NCBI GenBank assembly: GCA_013265495.1
Contig: MU058844.1
Coordinates: forward strand, 10,562,184-10,626,183
Direction of reading: 5' to 3'
Origin: Vicugna vicugna
Lineage: Eukaryota
Length of the DNA: 64,000 nucleotides
The first letter of the stretch is position 1; each line of letters starts with the position of its first letter. Under the pieces are notes generated by a model, which was given only the letters and a program-made list of their open reading frames with translations, was not told the DNA's origin and did no database searches. Shown here piece by piece: positions 49,611 through 62,659 of this stretch. The position numbers and the translations under genes were made by a program.

Positions 49611-52439
49611 GTGAAGAGTATCAGAGCTCAGTGGCCAGTCTCATCTTTGAAATGAATAATCCCAGCTGGTAGTAAGATTTCACTGCTGTTTCTACATTTC
49701 AGGTTAAATCATTTTGAAATTTAAATGGAAAGTTAGGGAGGCAATGACAAGAACAACTCATACCAACAGCAGTCAAGCAGAAATAAAAAGTCTTTTTGCT
49801 CATTGACCCACCCAAGATGAAAAACGGTCCCACTCCTGTATCTGGCTTGTAAGCAAATGTTAGGTTCTAGTAGCTTTAATAACAAGTTCCTTTTACAGCA
49901 GTAAAGATGGTTAGACCAGGTTAAAAAATTCCAAGTGGTAGTTATAAGAATTAAAATATATATGCTATAATAGTGTGGGTAAGTTGATTTAAAAGGTAAA
50001 TCTCTGTATAAAAAATCTGTTGTGTCTAATTTGGCTGGAGGATAGCATCTTTCTGATTAGCTTTGGGCTAAAGTTACATAATACTTTAATTCTGTTGTGT
50101 TGAATATTACTCCAGGAATACTAAAGGTATCTTGATTTAAAGAAAGAAAAGCACCCCTGATTGCAATAGGTTTGTGAAGAGATTCTTTTTTAAATGTGAG
50201 GAGCAGGCTGGAATGTACCTCCTAGTCTCCTGTTGATAGCTGCCTTAGCATCCTGTGAAGCTCTGACACCTTTATCCCTGGGATATAGATGGTCTTTGGG
50301 TTCATAGCTCCACAGAAAATGTTTCCTAAGCAAGTGGTTTCACCTTGGGCCAGGCTGGCTGACCCAAGTTGGAGAGAGGCACAGTTCAGCATTACTGACA
50401 GGGGCAAATTTAATAATGAGTTAAGGAACAAATCAAAGTGGCGCAGAGGAACTGTCTCTGCTGTAGGACACAATTTTTCACATTTCTTACCTAGTATCTT
50501 AGGAAGTATTTTAACTTGAGTTCACATGGGTACTTCTTTCACTTTTGATTTGAGAATTTGTAGAGCTAAGTGAAAGCTGGAACCTTGACCATTCAATTAC
50601 TATGTACCAGCAATGGGCAACAGAGGCTGACTCACAGTGTATCCAGTTGTATCCAAAGGTATTCATTATCTGGGACACCACTGTTTGGAAAGATAAGCTG
50701 GGGTTACTTTGGGACCAAGTCCTGCCACTTGTAGTCAAATTGCCAAAGCAACAGTGGGTTCCATCTTGTGTTTCATTTTAGAGAGTTTGTCCAGCAACCA
50801 GGCATTAACTTGATAATTAGGATGACAGAGGCGCTCTATTCCTTATTCCTATTTGTTGGCCCAATTAGCTGTGTTTATCTTGGAACTGTTATCATAAAGA
50901 ACCACTTGAAAGAGCATTCTGGTATCTCAGAAAATTCGGATAACTTAAAAAGTTGAAAGAGGTAGAAATATATACTTAAGAAATAAGACCAGTAGCATAT
51001 GTCTCATAAAATAGGCTAGGTCTTGTGGCCAAATCTTAAGAGGAGTGGGGAGCAGAGTTTTCCAGCCTTTGGATTTTCTCCTCGGACAGGTTAGTCTCAG
51101 CGATGACTGCCATCCAAATAATGAGGGTGTATTCTTCAAACACACACCCAGTATTAGCCATATGGGACCAAATTTCTAGGAGCCAGGAGATGGTGAGAAA
51201 AAGAGTTAACCAGGAGTCATCTCTGGCTTGGAAATATGTTGACAACACTATATAAATGCTGGTTAGGAGTTTCCACGTTCCATTGCTTCATTTGCTCATG
51301 CACAAACGTTAATACCCCAAAGGTCTAAATGGACAGGATCAGAAAGGTTCAGGGCTTCAGATCCAGGTTTTCTAGTGCTGTTCTCTCCCGCTGCATCCTG
51401 CTGCCTCTGAGGAGAGGGTCTGTTTACGGCTGAGCTGCAACTGCACCGGAGGCCAAGGAGGCAAGGACAGATGCTGGTATTTGCAGATCGGTCTTTATTA
51501 GTAGGCTTTGCCCTGTAACCAGCGTTAAGTCACGCCTAAGGCTTGGCTCTTGGCGAGGTCAGGGCACGGGATAAAGCATTCCCACAGACTTAAATTCCCG
51601 TCGGGAGGCTTTTAAGGTTTTATATTTTAATGAAGTTATTAAAATGAAAGTTCAGACTTGCATAATTCATAAGCACTCGCTGCCTTTTTGAAAATCTCTG
51701 CCACTAAACTCTTTTTTTAAATTTTCAGTGAAATTCTTATATAAAACATGAGCACGCCTTGTAGTTAAGATGAAAATAGATTTCTAATTCTAGTGAACTG
51801 AAGCCCCCCGGTCATATAATATAGCTCTTGAGGCTAGTTTCAGTTACAATGTTTTCACTGCATGTAAAGGAGATACCGTAACATTCAAGAGCATTTTCTG
51901 GATATGTACACCTTGAACTGGCAACTTTTCGTATAAGCAGCTTTCCAATGTTGAAGTCGTTTTATAAAATCTAGAAATTGAGAAATTCTCTTAAATGTTG
52001 GTTCGGACTTTGGTAAAGGTATATATTTTTGCTTTGACTTTTAGTGACTGTCACAGATACCTTCAACCTGCTCAAAGCAATGCTGCTAGATTTAGTGTGT
52101 TAATGGATTCAAACTCCTGCAAATAGAGCTGATGAAAATCTGAATCTACAAACTAATGATGTGGTTTTTTTTTTGTACTCTTTGCAATCAATCAAGGTTG
52201 TCTTTTTAAGCAACGCATTTTTAGGTTCTGAACTAAGGGTAATTGCATCTGACTTTAAAATCCTTTCTTATTTAGAGGCACAATGAGACTGTATAAATGT
52301 AACATTTTATCTTTCAGCAACAGGAGCCAGTAGTAAAAGCAGCAAGAAAATTTTAGAAATAATAAAAAAAAATAGGAACTTCCTCCATTGTGTTTGTCTT
52401 CTTGATATGTAGGAACTCTTGGTCTTATGGGGATATTAA

Positions 52440-52990
52440 TGCCTTTTTTTTGCTTTCTTCCAATCTGTTAATGGCATTTAATATTAATTTGGGAGGAACT
52501 GACATCTTTACTATATTTATATTTCTGTCCAGGATAATAATATTCTGTTAATCTAGGTCTTGCTTTAAGTCCTTTAGAGAAGTTATAGTTTTCCTCACAG
52601 TTACATTTATAAGGGTATTACTAAATAATTGTGGTACGTCCAAACAAAAGCAAGTAGAAGTAATGACACATCTACACATACTGGCCTGGAAGGACCTCTA
52701 TTATATATTGCTGGGTGAAAAAATACTAGAGTAATGTGTTTGATAGGATCCCATTTCCATAAAATGCATATGTATTAGATGGGCATATAATTTATACAAA
52801 TCTAAATAGAAAATCTGGATATGAAATTGCAAATTGTTTCCTTGAGACAATTAACTATCTCTAAATGAGGAGGAGGTAAGGGACTGGTTTGGGGACTAAA
52901 TTTCTTTTACCTTCAATTTTAAATTAGTACTGAGATTATAGGTTATTTTAATTTTATTAAGGTTCTTTATAATTTGAAAACTAAAAATTT
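52440..52990. mobile_element. Ancient L1M fragments (ORF2 piece on minus, 3'UTR piece on plus)
   Basis: 'ttaatttgggaggaactgacatctttactatatt' (antisense ORF2); 'ctggaaggacctctattatatattgctgggtgaaaaaa...gatcccattt' (3'UTR). Confidence 0.65.
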
Positions 52991-53835
52991 AGGGTAACAC
53001 TGTAACAGCACTATTGGTGAAAGCATTTGTTTCCTTAATTAGGATATGAAAGTCCATAATGCCATGAACAAATGGCAGCGGTAGGACTGTAGACAGCTGT
53101 GACCCCTCGCAGTTCCCTACGTGTGTGTCGGCTCTGTACGTGCACTGCACTAAGTATGCGTTCTGCTCTTTCTGGTTCACAGGGGACAATTAATGACACT
53201 ATTATAATACTGGCTGAAATCAGTTTGAAGTCTAGAATTTCCTAAGTCAATCAACCATGTTGCTTTCGTTGTGCATAAAAGCAGTTTTAGCTCTTTCAAG
53301 GAGAGGAAATAATGTGATCGTCTCATATTTTTCAAGTTAAAAAGTTAATTTCCTAGACAAACACTTGAAATCATTTATTTGTAGAAGAAGAAAAATAGAG
53401 AAAGTCTTCTATTTTTCTAGGGACCATGGAGAATGATGAGAAGCAAAGGTTAGGCCATTAGTAATTCAAACAGGCAACGGGCTGCTGTGGCTCCTGCCTT
53501 TCTTACGTAAGGAGTTAGTCTGTAAAGCAGGGAGCAAATAAGATGCTGAGTCATTGCCTTGGCTGTTCGTGCTGGGCTAAAGCTGTGACCAGGGGACCAT
53601 TTTTGCCTTTACTTCTTTTTCTGGGAGATGTCTTTATGACTCTCACTGAGGAATAATTGTAGTAAAACATGCATTTCTGAGTTACCCTTTTCCTTTATCT
53701 CAGGGAAATAGTAAGTTCCACTTTTTTTTTAAGTGACTGAGTGGGGGATTAAAGAAGAAAAATTTGAAAACAGTTAAAAATCAATTTCAAGAGTTCTATT
53801 TCACATTTCTGATCTTATTTCTTAGTTGCTAGGTC

Positions 53836-53964
53836 TTTTTTTTTTTTGGTGGGAAGGAGGTAATTAGGTTTATTTACTTATTTTTAGAGGAGGTACTGGG
53901 GATTGAACCCAGGACCTCGTGTATGCTAAGCATGTGCTCTACTGCTTTGAGCTATGACCTCCCC
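53836..53964 (-). mobile_element. tRNA-derived SINE, vic-1 type (camelid)
   Basis: T-tail plus 'ggaggtactggggattgaacccaggacctcgtgtatgctaagcatgtgctctactgctttgagcta'; TSD ttgctaKgtc at 53826-53835 and 53965-53974. Confidence 0.9.
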
Positions 53965-55074
53965 TTGCTATGTCTGTTACAATTAGATTCGTATTATATG
54001 ATGCCAAAAGAATTTCATTAAATATAGAGAGTTAAGTCAAATCCGTTGGAAGAGGAAGGCAAAATCACTGGTTACATTGGCAAAATCTTAGACTCTGTAA
54101 CTGGTTGCCCAGGCAGGGCATGTTGAGGTATGTTCCCCTAACATAAATGCTCTCGCTTCTGAGAAGGCAAACCTACATAGACACCATCCCTGTTCTAACG
54201 GTAGCTCAAGATACAAAGCAAGATGTTGAAGAAGGAAAAAGGGTGATAAATTTATAGCAGACATCAGGAAAATAAGGGATTAAGGGACAAAATACAAACA
54301 GTATATCCTTTTGGAAGAGGAGGGCACTATAGTCGAGTGCAATTTTTTTAAAAAAGATTGTTTTTGATGTTTCTAGTTCTCTGAGCATCGTTGCAGTGTT
54401 TCAAACTCAATAGTATTTTCACTTTTGTCGCATATCTGTTGTAGGCCTAATGGGAAATTGTAGCTTCATAAAAGGAAGTGAAAAAATGGCAGGGACATAG
54501 ATTTTTAATAGCTTTATTTAAAAACTCTGTCAAAGACAGATAATACAGATAATAAACTCTCAAAGCCCATGAAATAGTTTTAAAATCAGGACTACTGGGG
54601 GGCTTGAATCCTGCCAATGCAATTACCTATGAGGAAATCTGACCTGCCTTCTTCCTTTCCTGTGTGCTGAATAGAGAGGAGACGATAGACTGGAAACTCG
54701 AAGATGCGAATGTAGGCGTTCTGGGTTGAATTAGTGAGCTGTGCAGCTGTGGGGCCTGTTTCTGACAGTGACCCATGGAAAAGCATGAGGTCCGACAGGA
54801 CAACACAAAGTCAAGGTGTGAACATGTCTCCTTTTAAGTCTGTAACTCAAAACAGACCCATACATGGATCTCCATTTGTTCCATCTCCTAGAGGAACAAG
54901 TTATTTTTTTACTACCCAACTGTAAAGTAGCAAAGAAAATTTGATGAAGAATTTTAGAGTAGAAAGGTGCCTTTGAGCTTGTTCTCAACGGCCCTCCCTT
55001 TTATCTATTCTCCTTCAAACTTCAAAGTCACTTCCTAACTCCAGCATTGTGAGATGTGATAAACAGTGAGGTAT

Positions 55075-55545
55075 CACTCCAGCTCTCCCTTTCATGATTT
55101 TCTGACTTTTATCAGATCTCAGCTCAGCCTTTGTTTTCCAGACTACAAAGTCCCAGTATTCTTAGCCTGTCCTCACACACAGCTCCTTCATCCCTGTTTA
55201 GCTGCCTCTGTGGTCCTCTAAACCCACTAGATCTTTCCTAAGGTGGGTGAGTTTCAGTCTGGGACAGAGGAAGGACATTTTTTCCCTCTTGAATTTTGAC
55301 TGAATTCTTACAATCTTCCATGACAACACCAAGCCTCTTTGGTTGTAGTGACCCACTTGAATGTCTTCAATGGATGGTTTCTATGTGACTTTTCTTGGTT
55401 TATAATTAACCCTATTATTTTACACTCTAACTTAAAAAATAGTTTTTTTTTTCTTTCAATGTATTATTTCTAAACTTGCCCACACTGAAGCTCATCTACT
55501 GCATGCTGGCTCATTGAGCCTAGCAAAATTCTTCTGACTTACTAA
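55075..55545 (-). mobile_element. L3/CR1 LINE fossil
   Basis: 'ctcagcctttgttttccagactacaaagtcccagtattcttagcctgtcctca' and 'acttgcccacactgaagctcatct' resemble antisense CR1 RT. Confidence 0.6.
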
Positions 55546-56369
55546 GCTTGGAATTTCAGTGGCTGCAAACATGCATGTTACCTTCAAAATTGGGAGTTTC
55601 GAGGTAACTGGTAAAAATTCACAGACCTCTTTGGAACTATTTCTGTTTCTGTTTCTTTTGTTTCTGGATCTCTTATTAACAGTTTACAGCTCAGCTCTGT
55701 TTTCCTGTTTCAATTCAGATCTCTTCAGTTTTATTCTTTAAACATAATATTGGCCTGCAGAGTCCCATAGCACTTCATAGGGGTAGTAAGCCTTTGTACT
55801 ATTACATCATATTGCTCCCCCCTGCCCCAGCTCCATAATATCACACGCTGCCTTCCAGAATCAGCCCTTGATAATTCGAGTAGCAGGCAAATTTTTTCTT
55901 TAGTCTTTCTCTCCACCTAATAGGCACTAGAATCCCTTAGACTTGGACGTTCTTCCATAGCGTCCTTGCAATCCCCCTATTCCTCTACCACTGATACAGC
56001 TGAAACCGCTGTGTTTGGCATCTCTTCTTCTTCTGTGTGTTAAGAATCAATCATTAAAATAACATTCCAATCTGTACACTGAAAAACTGAAGAGATCCTT
56101 TCAGCCTGGAAATCTACTAATCTTTGATGTCTGATCTTCCGAACTTGTTGCTACTGCCTTTGCTATTTAAATAACCCAAAACTAACTGAACAGTCAACCA
56201 ACTAATTTATATTAGTTTGGCTTCCATGATCGAATTTTAGTTGGGGCATGAGGGCATTTTGGAATCGGGTAGAACTTTTGGCCATCTCTCAGGCTATAAC
56301 GTGGAGCCGGCCATCTGTTGTCCAGGTTGAACCGGGTGAGAAAGGATAAGGACTTGGAAATCATGTTTT

Positions 56370-56612
56370 ACCCGTGGAGTCTGAAGACTGCTTGGGTTGA
56401 AATCCTGAATCTGCCAAAAACTGATTCTGTGATGCGGGGAAAGATGTTTACCTCTGTGTGCTTCCATTTCACCAATAAAATAGGATTAAAAGTAGTATTT
56501 ACCTCATAGAGTTGTAAATGCGGATTACATCAGTTAGCATATGGCAAGCTTAGGTTCACACATGTTAGGATGGTGTCTGGCTCACATTGTGCTATGAGAG
56601 TGTCTGCTGTCA
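56370..56612 (+). mobile_element. MIR SINE
   Basis: 'gactgcttgggttgaaatcctg...tacctctgtgtgcttccatttc...tacctcatagagttgt...ggattacatcagtt'. Confidence 0.8.
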
Positions 56613-57544
56613 TTTTTACTTGGATAGGCAAGGGCTAGCAGAGTGCACTGACTGGGTATTCAAATGACGCTTGTTGTATGATAGGATATGTACCTGCCTG
56701 GACTTACTGAGGAGTTTTTGTGCTGTTCTGAAGTAAGACATTTCAGCCTGTCCCTCACTTCTTTTAATTTCAGATCTAGCCCCCACCCCACATCTGCTCT
56801 TCATGTTTCATTAAAACCACTTTAGTCCTTCAGTCCTAACTGGCTGGGTCTCACATGGTAGGATGATCCAGCTTAAAGATCCTTCTTACCTTTTTTAGAC
56901 CAATTTGTTCACCTCTTAGGGATTCAGACTATTTTTATCAATATTGTAATTAAGCATTTTGAAGTGTCACAGAATTTTATATTGTAACATTCAAGCCTAA
57001 AATTATGATGAAGGCTTCTGACATCACAGCCAACTTATTATGCAGATTCTGATCTCGTTAGCTCAGTAAGATGCCAGTTTATTTGCATATGATTGCTTGA
57101 CCCGGATAGCATGGCCAATTAATTTGCATATCCCTATCTAATTGGCTCAAATAAGTTTTTGCCACTTTATTTGTTGGCCCAGCTCCCAGACTGGTGTCTT
57201 TTAGTCCAAATCAATTGGATTTGGGGTGGTTTTCTCTGTCATGCTTTCAATACCAGTGGAAGGGCAGATAAAGTGGTGGTCATGAATGTTTAACCGAACT
57301 TTTGTCCTCTGTCAGAAAAGACTGAAGAAGAAGAAACAATAATTTAGACATGTGGGCAAGGTATTTTTCAAGGAAGGGGATACTGAACTAATTAAAAAAA
57401 AAAGGGACTTCTTATTTAAGGAAATTCCAATATATAAGGCAAAGGATGTATTTACATCACTGCTAAAAATTCTGATTTGGAATTTGGCTGACCTGGACCT
57501 CGGATAAAATTATGATGTAGCATCAAAGCCTCTAAAATGCATTT

Positions 57545-57665
57545 TATTTTTCTTATTTTAAATTGTGATATAATTGACAAACATTTTAAGTTTAAAGCAT
57601 ACAATGTGTTGACTTAATATGCTTAGATATTGCAATATGATTTCCACCCTAGCTTCAGCTAACTG
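57545..57665 (-). mobile_element. L1 (L1MA/MB-like) 3' end fragment
   Basis: 'aattgtgatataattgacaaaca...agtttaaagcatacaatgtgttgacttaatatg...attgcaatatgatttccacc'. Confidence 0.75.
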
Positions 57666-57681
57666 TACATTCTCTATATAG

Positions 57682-57866
57682 TGTAGTTTTCAAATGTAAG
57701 ATGCATAGGAATAACATGGGGGGATGTTTGAAATGCAGTTTCCAGGTTCCCACCCGTAGACACTTAGTGACAGTGTGGTCTGAGGTTGTCCATGAAATCT
57801 TAAATTTTAACATGAACTTTGGGTGGTTCTGATATAGATGGAATATCACATCTTGATAAACACTGC
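57682..57866. mobile_element. MER5-like DNA transposon
   Basis: 'atgcagtttccaggttcccaccc...attttaacatg...ggtggttctgat...cttgataaacactg'. Confidence 0.7.
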
Positions 57867-58774
57867 TTGATGCCTGTGCTCATTCATGGGTTCCTCATGG
57901 AATCTAGTGGTTCCCCAAGGTTGGGTGAGTTGCTCTTTCCTAGATGACTTCAACATTTTGAATTGGCTCTATTTTCCAACTTCTATTTCTAGGACAGTAG
58001 AATTAAGAAGGAAAAACCCCATGACAAATTTTTGAAAATTACGTCTTGAAGAAAGGAAAGGTGTGTGTGAGGGGGTAGGGCTGGCAGGGTTAGGAAGGCA
58101 AGGTGAATCTTCCTGGTTTGGGTGTCAGGGGCTTATCCGCACACAGGCAGTCTCTCATAAAGCGATGGTGACTCTTGTACCACCGTGTACGCCTCCATGT
58201 GTCTCCCCCATCATCCCTCTTGAGTAGTTGCTATCGTTTGTGAATTCCATCGCCCTTAATTTTGGAGACATAGGTGCTTTGTGGGATCTCTGCTCTGACC
58301 GCAGTCTTTGCTTTTCACTGTATAAATTCCATAGTGATAAGACAGGACTGGGGACAGACAGGAAGAAGACTAGGGGTGGGGCCTGGGGTGGAAAGTGATG
58401 GGGGAAAAGACAGTAAGTAAGGGGGAACGCTTTCCACCACACTTTCTCCAGCCAGCCCTGAGGATGTCCTTGATCTGATCCCCCTTGTAGCCACCTGCCC
58501 AGCAGCTTGATCGTCAGCAGACTGCTGGAATGGGTCCATGTGACTTCAGTCCTTCCTGCTTTCCCCAGCATTCTCCTCCTGCCAAGGCTTGACGTGTTTT
58601 TGGTGTTCTCACAGTTCAGGTGAATACAAACCCTATCAAAGTGGCAGTGCTGCAAATTGTTACCCTTATCTGTTTGCCGTGGTTCCCAGTACCACAGACA
58701 CGTAGAAAAATTTCAAAAGGATTATGTTCTAGCTTCAGGGGAAGAGGGAAATGCAACAGTCTTTGAGACGTTCT

Positions 58775-59040
58775 GTGTTGGGGAATTGGAGAACCTGGAC
58801 TTCGGTCCCAGCTATCCTGTCTACAAATCAGGTGACTTCGAGTGTCAGTTTTGACAAAAGCAGTTGCCAGTACTGAATGCCACCTTCTCCGTGCCAGACA
58901 TGGAGCAGGATGACTTACGTCTCTAAGCTTCAATTTTCTGAGAATATCACCTTCAGAAATTACCTCTCAGGTCTGTCATGAAGACCACATGAAAAAACCA
59001 AGTTATAAAAGGTTTTCTAAATTAGGAAAGTGTGATAATG
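58775..59040 (+). mobile_element. MIR-family fragment
   Basis: 'gagaacctggacttcggtcccagct', 'gacttacgtctctaagcttcaatttt...ttacctctcagg'. Confidence 0.5.
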
Positions 59041-59498
59041 ACTTCTTAACAGTTGAGAACAATGTTCATATTTAAGTTGAAAAACAGACCTTCTCCTTAA
59101 TACAGAAACTTAAAAGCTTATGATCATTTCCATTTTGCTGATTCAGAAGTTGTGTCTTTGCTTCAACAGTTACTGTACTTGTTGGGAAACTGTCAGAGTT
59201 TTGTTTCATTTGTGATAGAAAGCCCAAACTGAACTTACAATCTTGACACTCCTCATTAAACCTGTACTCAGAAGTCTCAAATTTCTCGGATGACACACAC
59301 AAAAAAGACAAACGAGTATCTGTGACGTCAATGGGGCCAAGGAGGCAGGAAGAAGCTACTTAGTTATTTCTGACTTGAGAGTCTACACAGGCATAAATTC
59401 AAACATAAAAATTACACAGCTAGAAAATGTAAGACATACAACCTCATACCTTTAGGAATCCTTAACTTTTCTGATGCTTGCAGTTTCTTAGATCTCTT

Positions 59499-59855
59499 TG
59501 CTATAGGTTGAATGTTAATGTTCCCCTAAAAATTCATACATTGAATCAGAGACCCTAATGCGATGGCTTTTGGAGGTGGGACCTTTGGAAGGTGATTAGG
59601 TCTTGAGGGTGGAGCCCTCATGGATGAAATCAGTGACCTCATAAAAGAGACTCCAGAGAGCTCCCTTGTTCCTTCTACTGTGTGACAACGCAGAGAAAAC
59701 ACCAGCTATGAACCAGGAAGCAGGTTCTCACCAGACAGTGAGCCTGCTGGCACCTTGATCTTGGACTTACCAGCCTCCAGAGCTGTGTGAACTTTCTCTT
59801 TACAAGACACCCATGTTATGGTATCCTGTTATAGCAGCCTGAATGAACTAAGGCA
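59499..59855 (+). mobile_element. Complete MaLR solo LTR (MLT1A-like)
   Basis: TG...CA termini; 'ggaggtgggacctttggaaggtgattagg...gagggtggagccctcatg...ggcaccttgatcttggactt.ccagcctccaga...ttatagcagcctgaatgaactaaggca'. Confidence 0.92.
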
Positions 59856-60619
59856 TTTTTCATGTCCTCCCTCAATTTTAACCAAAAGGAAACAGTTCTT
59901 ATTTGAAGGGAGATGTACTCCAAATGTGCAGATGAGTATTAAGATGTGGTTCCTAGGCAGAAGGCTTGATTTTTTTCTCTAAGTACAGGGCAAAAAAGCT
60001 ATTCATTTCCTAGTGCATCAACTTGCTCCTGAAGAACAGCCTTGAAGCCTGAAAGATTCAACATTTCAGTACAAATAACTAGATTCATAAATACTGACAG
60101 TTGCTCACAAATACTTGAGAGTTGTAATGTGAAGCATGACAGTTCAGGGGTCTGCTGTAGGTATGTGGATGGTCCAGTCAAGATTATCACTGTAAAGTTA
60201 GTTGGGTTTCACATGTTTTTCTCTATTGGGTTTATGATAGAGGCAAAATCTTAGGGCAATTCATTTTGAATTAACACAGTAGAAAAGAAAGAAACAAACC
60301 CTGTTAAAGGGTAGTAAGAAATTAGTTTTTAAAATGTTTCCATTTCTTATTTTCAATCCTTTTGTTGATGAATTCCATACCTCATCTGAATTCCATACCT
60401 TGTCTTAATTCACTATAGGGTCTTTGCAAAACATGGGTCTACTGATACCATTTCCTCTGAACTGAGCAGCCAACCCCATCAAACTTTCTTTTCTTTCCAC
60501 TGAATCAAGCAATTGGTTAAACTGTCCATTGGCTGCTTTCACATTTTGCATATTTAGCTTAGGATTCAATAGCATCACTAATAGAAATAATTACAGTAAT
60601 ATCCAGTGAGCTTGTTAAT

Positions 60620-60765
60620 CTGTTCTCATTTATTTCTCACAATAACCTTACAAACAAGAGTGTCTTATTACTCCCACTTCACAGATAATGCAACTGAGGC
60701 TTAGAAAGCTAAGTAACTTAGCCAATGTCAAATGGCTGGCAGTGGCAGACTGAGATTTAAATGCT
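60620..60765 (-). mobile_element. MIR SINE
   Basis: 'ctcacaataacctta...cccacttcacagataatgcaactgaggcttagaaagctaagtaactta'. Confidence 0.85.
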
Positions 60766-61989
60766 GGCCAAAAAAAAAACCCCACTTGGGTTCCAATTAA
60801 CTAGCCATTTTCCAGCAAATGTAGTTTGGTATTGGAATTACCTGGAATGATCTCATTATGTAACTTTGGTCTTCTCGGACATAGGTCAACATACTTTGAG
60901 ACAGACCATCCAAGTGCTTAAAGTTATTTTAATGGTAAGTAGGTTAAACAAATTTGAAATGCAGGACTTGTTTTTTCCAGGCCATAGCTCCTTTGTAAAT
61001 AATTCATTATTCCTCCAGCAGCTCTGCTCAGTGCTACCAGTCAGTGCAGGCACTTTAGGTGCATAAATACAGTGCACAGTCTAGTGAGAGAAGTGTGATA
61101 TTTGAAGGGTGTAAACAACTACTGGCATTAAAAAAAAAGAGAGATTTGTTGTTCTGGGATAGGTCAAAAAAGGCTTCATGGAATCCTCCACCTAAAATGC
61201 TCTCTCTTCCAGGCACCCCATGGCTCACTTCCTCACCTCCTCCAGGTTGCTGCCGAAATGGCACCTACTCACGAGGTTTTCTGTGACCACCCCATTTAAA
61301 ACTCCTCCCAGCCTTCCTTATCCTGCTGCCCTGCTGTGTGTCCTTTGTAGCACTTAGCACCTCTTCGCATACCTTGTGCTTTTCTTATTTTTGAGCATCC
61401 TGTCGCATGTTTCCCCCCTGCTACAAGGTAAGCTGGAGGGGGGCAGGGTTCTTTGGTGGTTTTGTCCACTGATGTGAACCTAGTTTCAAAACAATGCCTA
61501 ACACAGTATAGGAAAGCAATGCATGGTTGTTCAATGGATGAAGGAAATAAGACTTGAGCTGGATCCAAAGAATGGATAGGATTTAGCTAGACTTTGGATG
61601 GAAGAGAATTCCAGGGGAAGAAACTGACCGAAGAATGGAGGCAGCAAATGACATAGCCTGTTTAGAGACAAGTGTTTGGTCACCTTGGTTAAAATACAGA
61701 AATATGGTGAGGTCTGGAAGAATCTAGATCATGTAGACCTCAGTGATGATGACTTAATTTCACAGGCAGCAGGGAACCCTTAGATGAGGACTCTTTAAGG
61801 ATACTGAGCCTTTAAATATCCTTAATTTAATATTTAACAATTTAGCCAAGTCACTCCTGGCAATTCAAATTTAGGCATGAAACCAGGTTGGGTGGTTCCT
61901 GAAGCTAATGTAATTGTAAACCCTGGCAAAACAGCCCACTTTGGTTCCAATTAACTAGCCATTTTCAGTAAATGTAGGTTGGTATTTGG
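60764..61989 (+). repeat. Dispersed ~70-bp direct repeat (60764-60835 and 61923-61989)
   Basis: cccacttgggttccaattaactagccattttccagcaaatgtagtttggtatt vs cccactttggttccaattaactagccattttcagtaaatgtaggttggtatt. Confidence 0.92.
61185..61548 (+). mobile_element. L2a-like 3' end
   Basis: 'gctcacttcctcacctcctccagg...tagcacttagcacct...aacaatgcctaacacagtatagg...tcaatggatgaaggaa'. Confidence 0.85.
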
Positions 61990-62469
61990 CAAAAAGTAAA
62001 GAATAGAGTCAAGAATATAAAGTTAGGAACAGTAAATTAGATGTGACCTCTGGCCTGGCCCCTTTCAGGCCACAGTGCTAAGTTAGTCCATTGGGTGGCA
62101 GGAGTCATCCCAGAAGTCCTTCCTTCGCTGGGATGCCCAGCAGTAACCAAACTACCCAGAGATACGAGTGCAGGCCATGTGAATACGTTCTACCAGGGAC
62201 AACGTCCCTTAGCTCAATCTCAAAAATGCCTGTAGCCTCTCTGAGGCCACCGAACAGCAAGAGAGATGGATGATGGAAGAGAAGTCAGAGTGTCAAGAGG
62301 CACAAAGTGTGACAAAAAAGTAGTAGTTGCAATTTCTTTCTATGACCAGGGGAACTCATTTCTGGGACCTTGGAAGAAGACTGAACAAATAAGGGAGTCT
62401 GAAGTTCCAGCTGGTATCATGGGAGAGCTGCTTCTGGACCTCTGAGGAAGGGTATCAGATGAACTGGGA

Positions 62470-62632
62470 GGAAGACCACTAGGCACAGGTGATGAGATGG
62501 TTGGCACGAGAGTTTGGAAAGGACGGGGGGAGAGAGGATATGGAGGAACCCTGTAATTAGAGCTGGCTGCTGAGCCAAGGGAAAGAGAAAGGTCAAAAGT
62601 GTCTGAAGTCATCACTCGGGATACTAAATAGA
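62470..62632 (-). mobile_element. L2 ORF2 remnant
   Basis: 'ggaaagagaaaggtcaaaagtgtctgaagtcatcactcgggatact'; translation 'TFDLSLSL...TLVPTISS...GLPPS' loosely echoes the L2 ORF2 C-terminus. Confidence 0.45.
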
Positions 62633-62659
62633 AATCTGGGCGTGAACTGCTCTTGTGCC

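Noticed and set aside
58373..58404. Potential G-quadruplex (four G-runs)
   Set aside because: Third loop is 11 nt, such motifs are common, and there is no supporting context
58155..58655. 166-aa minus-strand ORF
   Set aside because: No recognisable domain or exon structure; length plausible by chance in GC-richer sequence
60369..60400. 14-bp direct repeat tgaattccatacct, and the 19-bp tandem at 17627
   Set aside because: Ordinary slippage-type micro-duplications with no further structure
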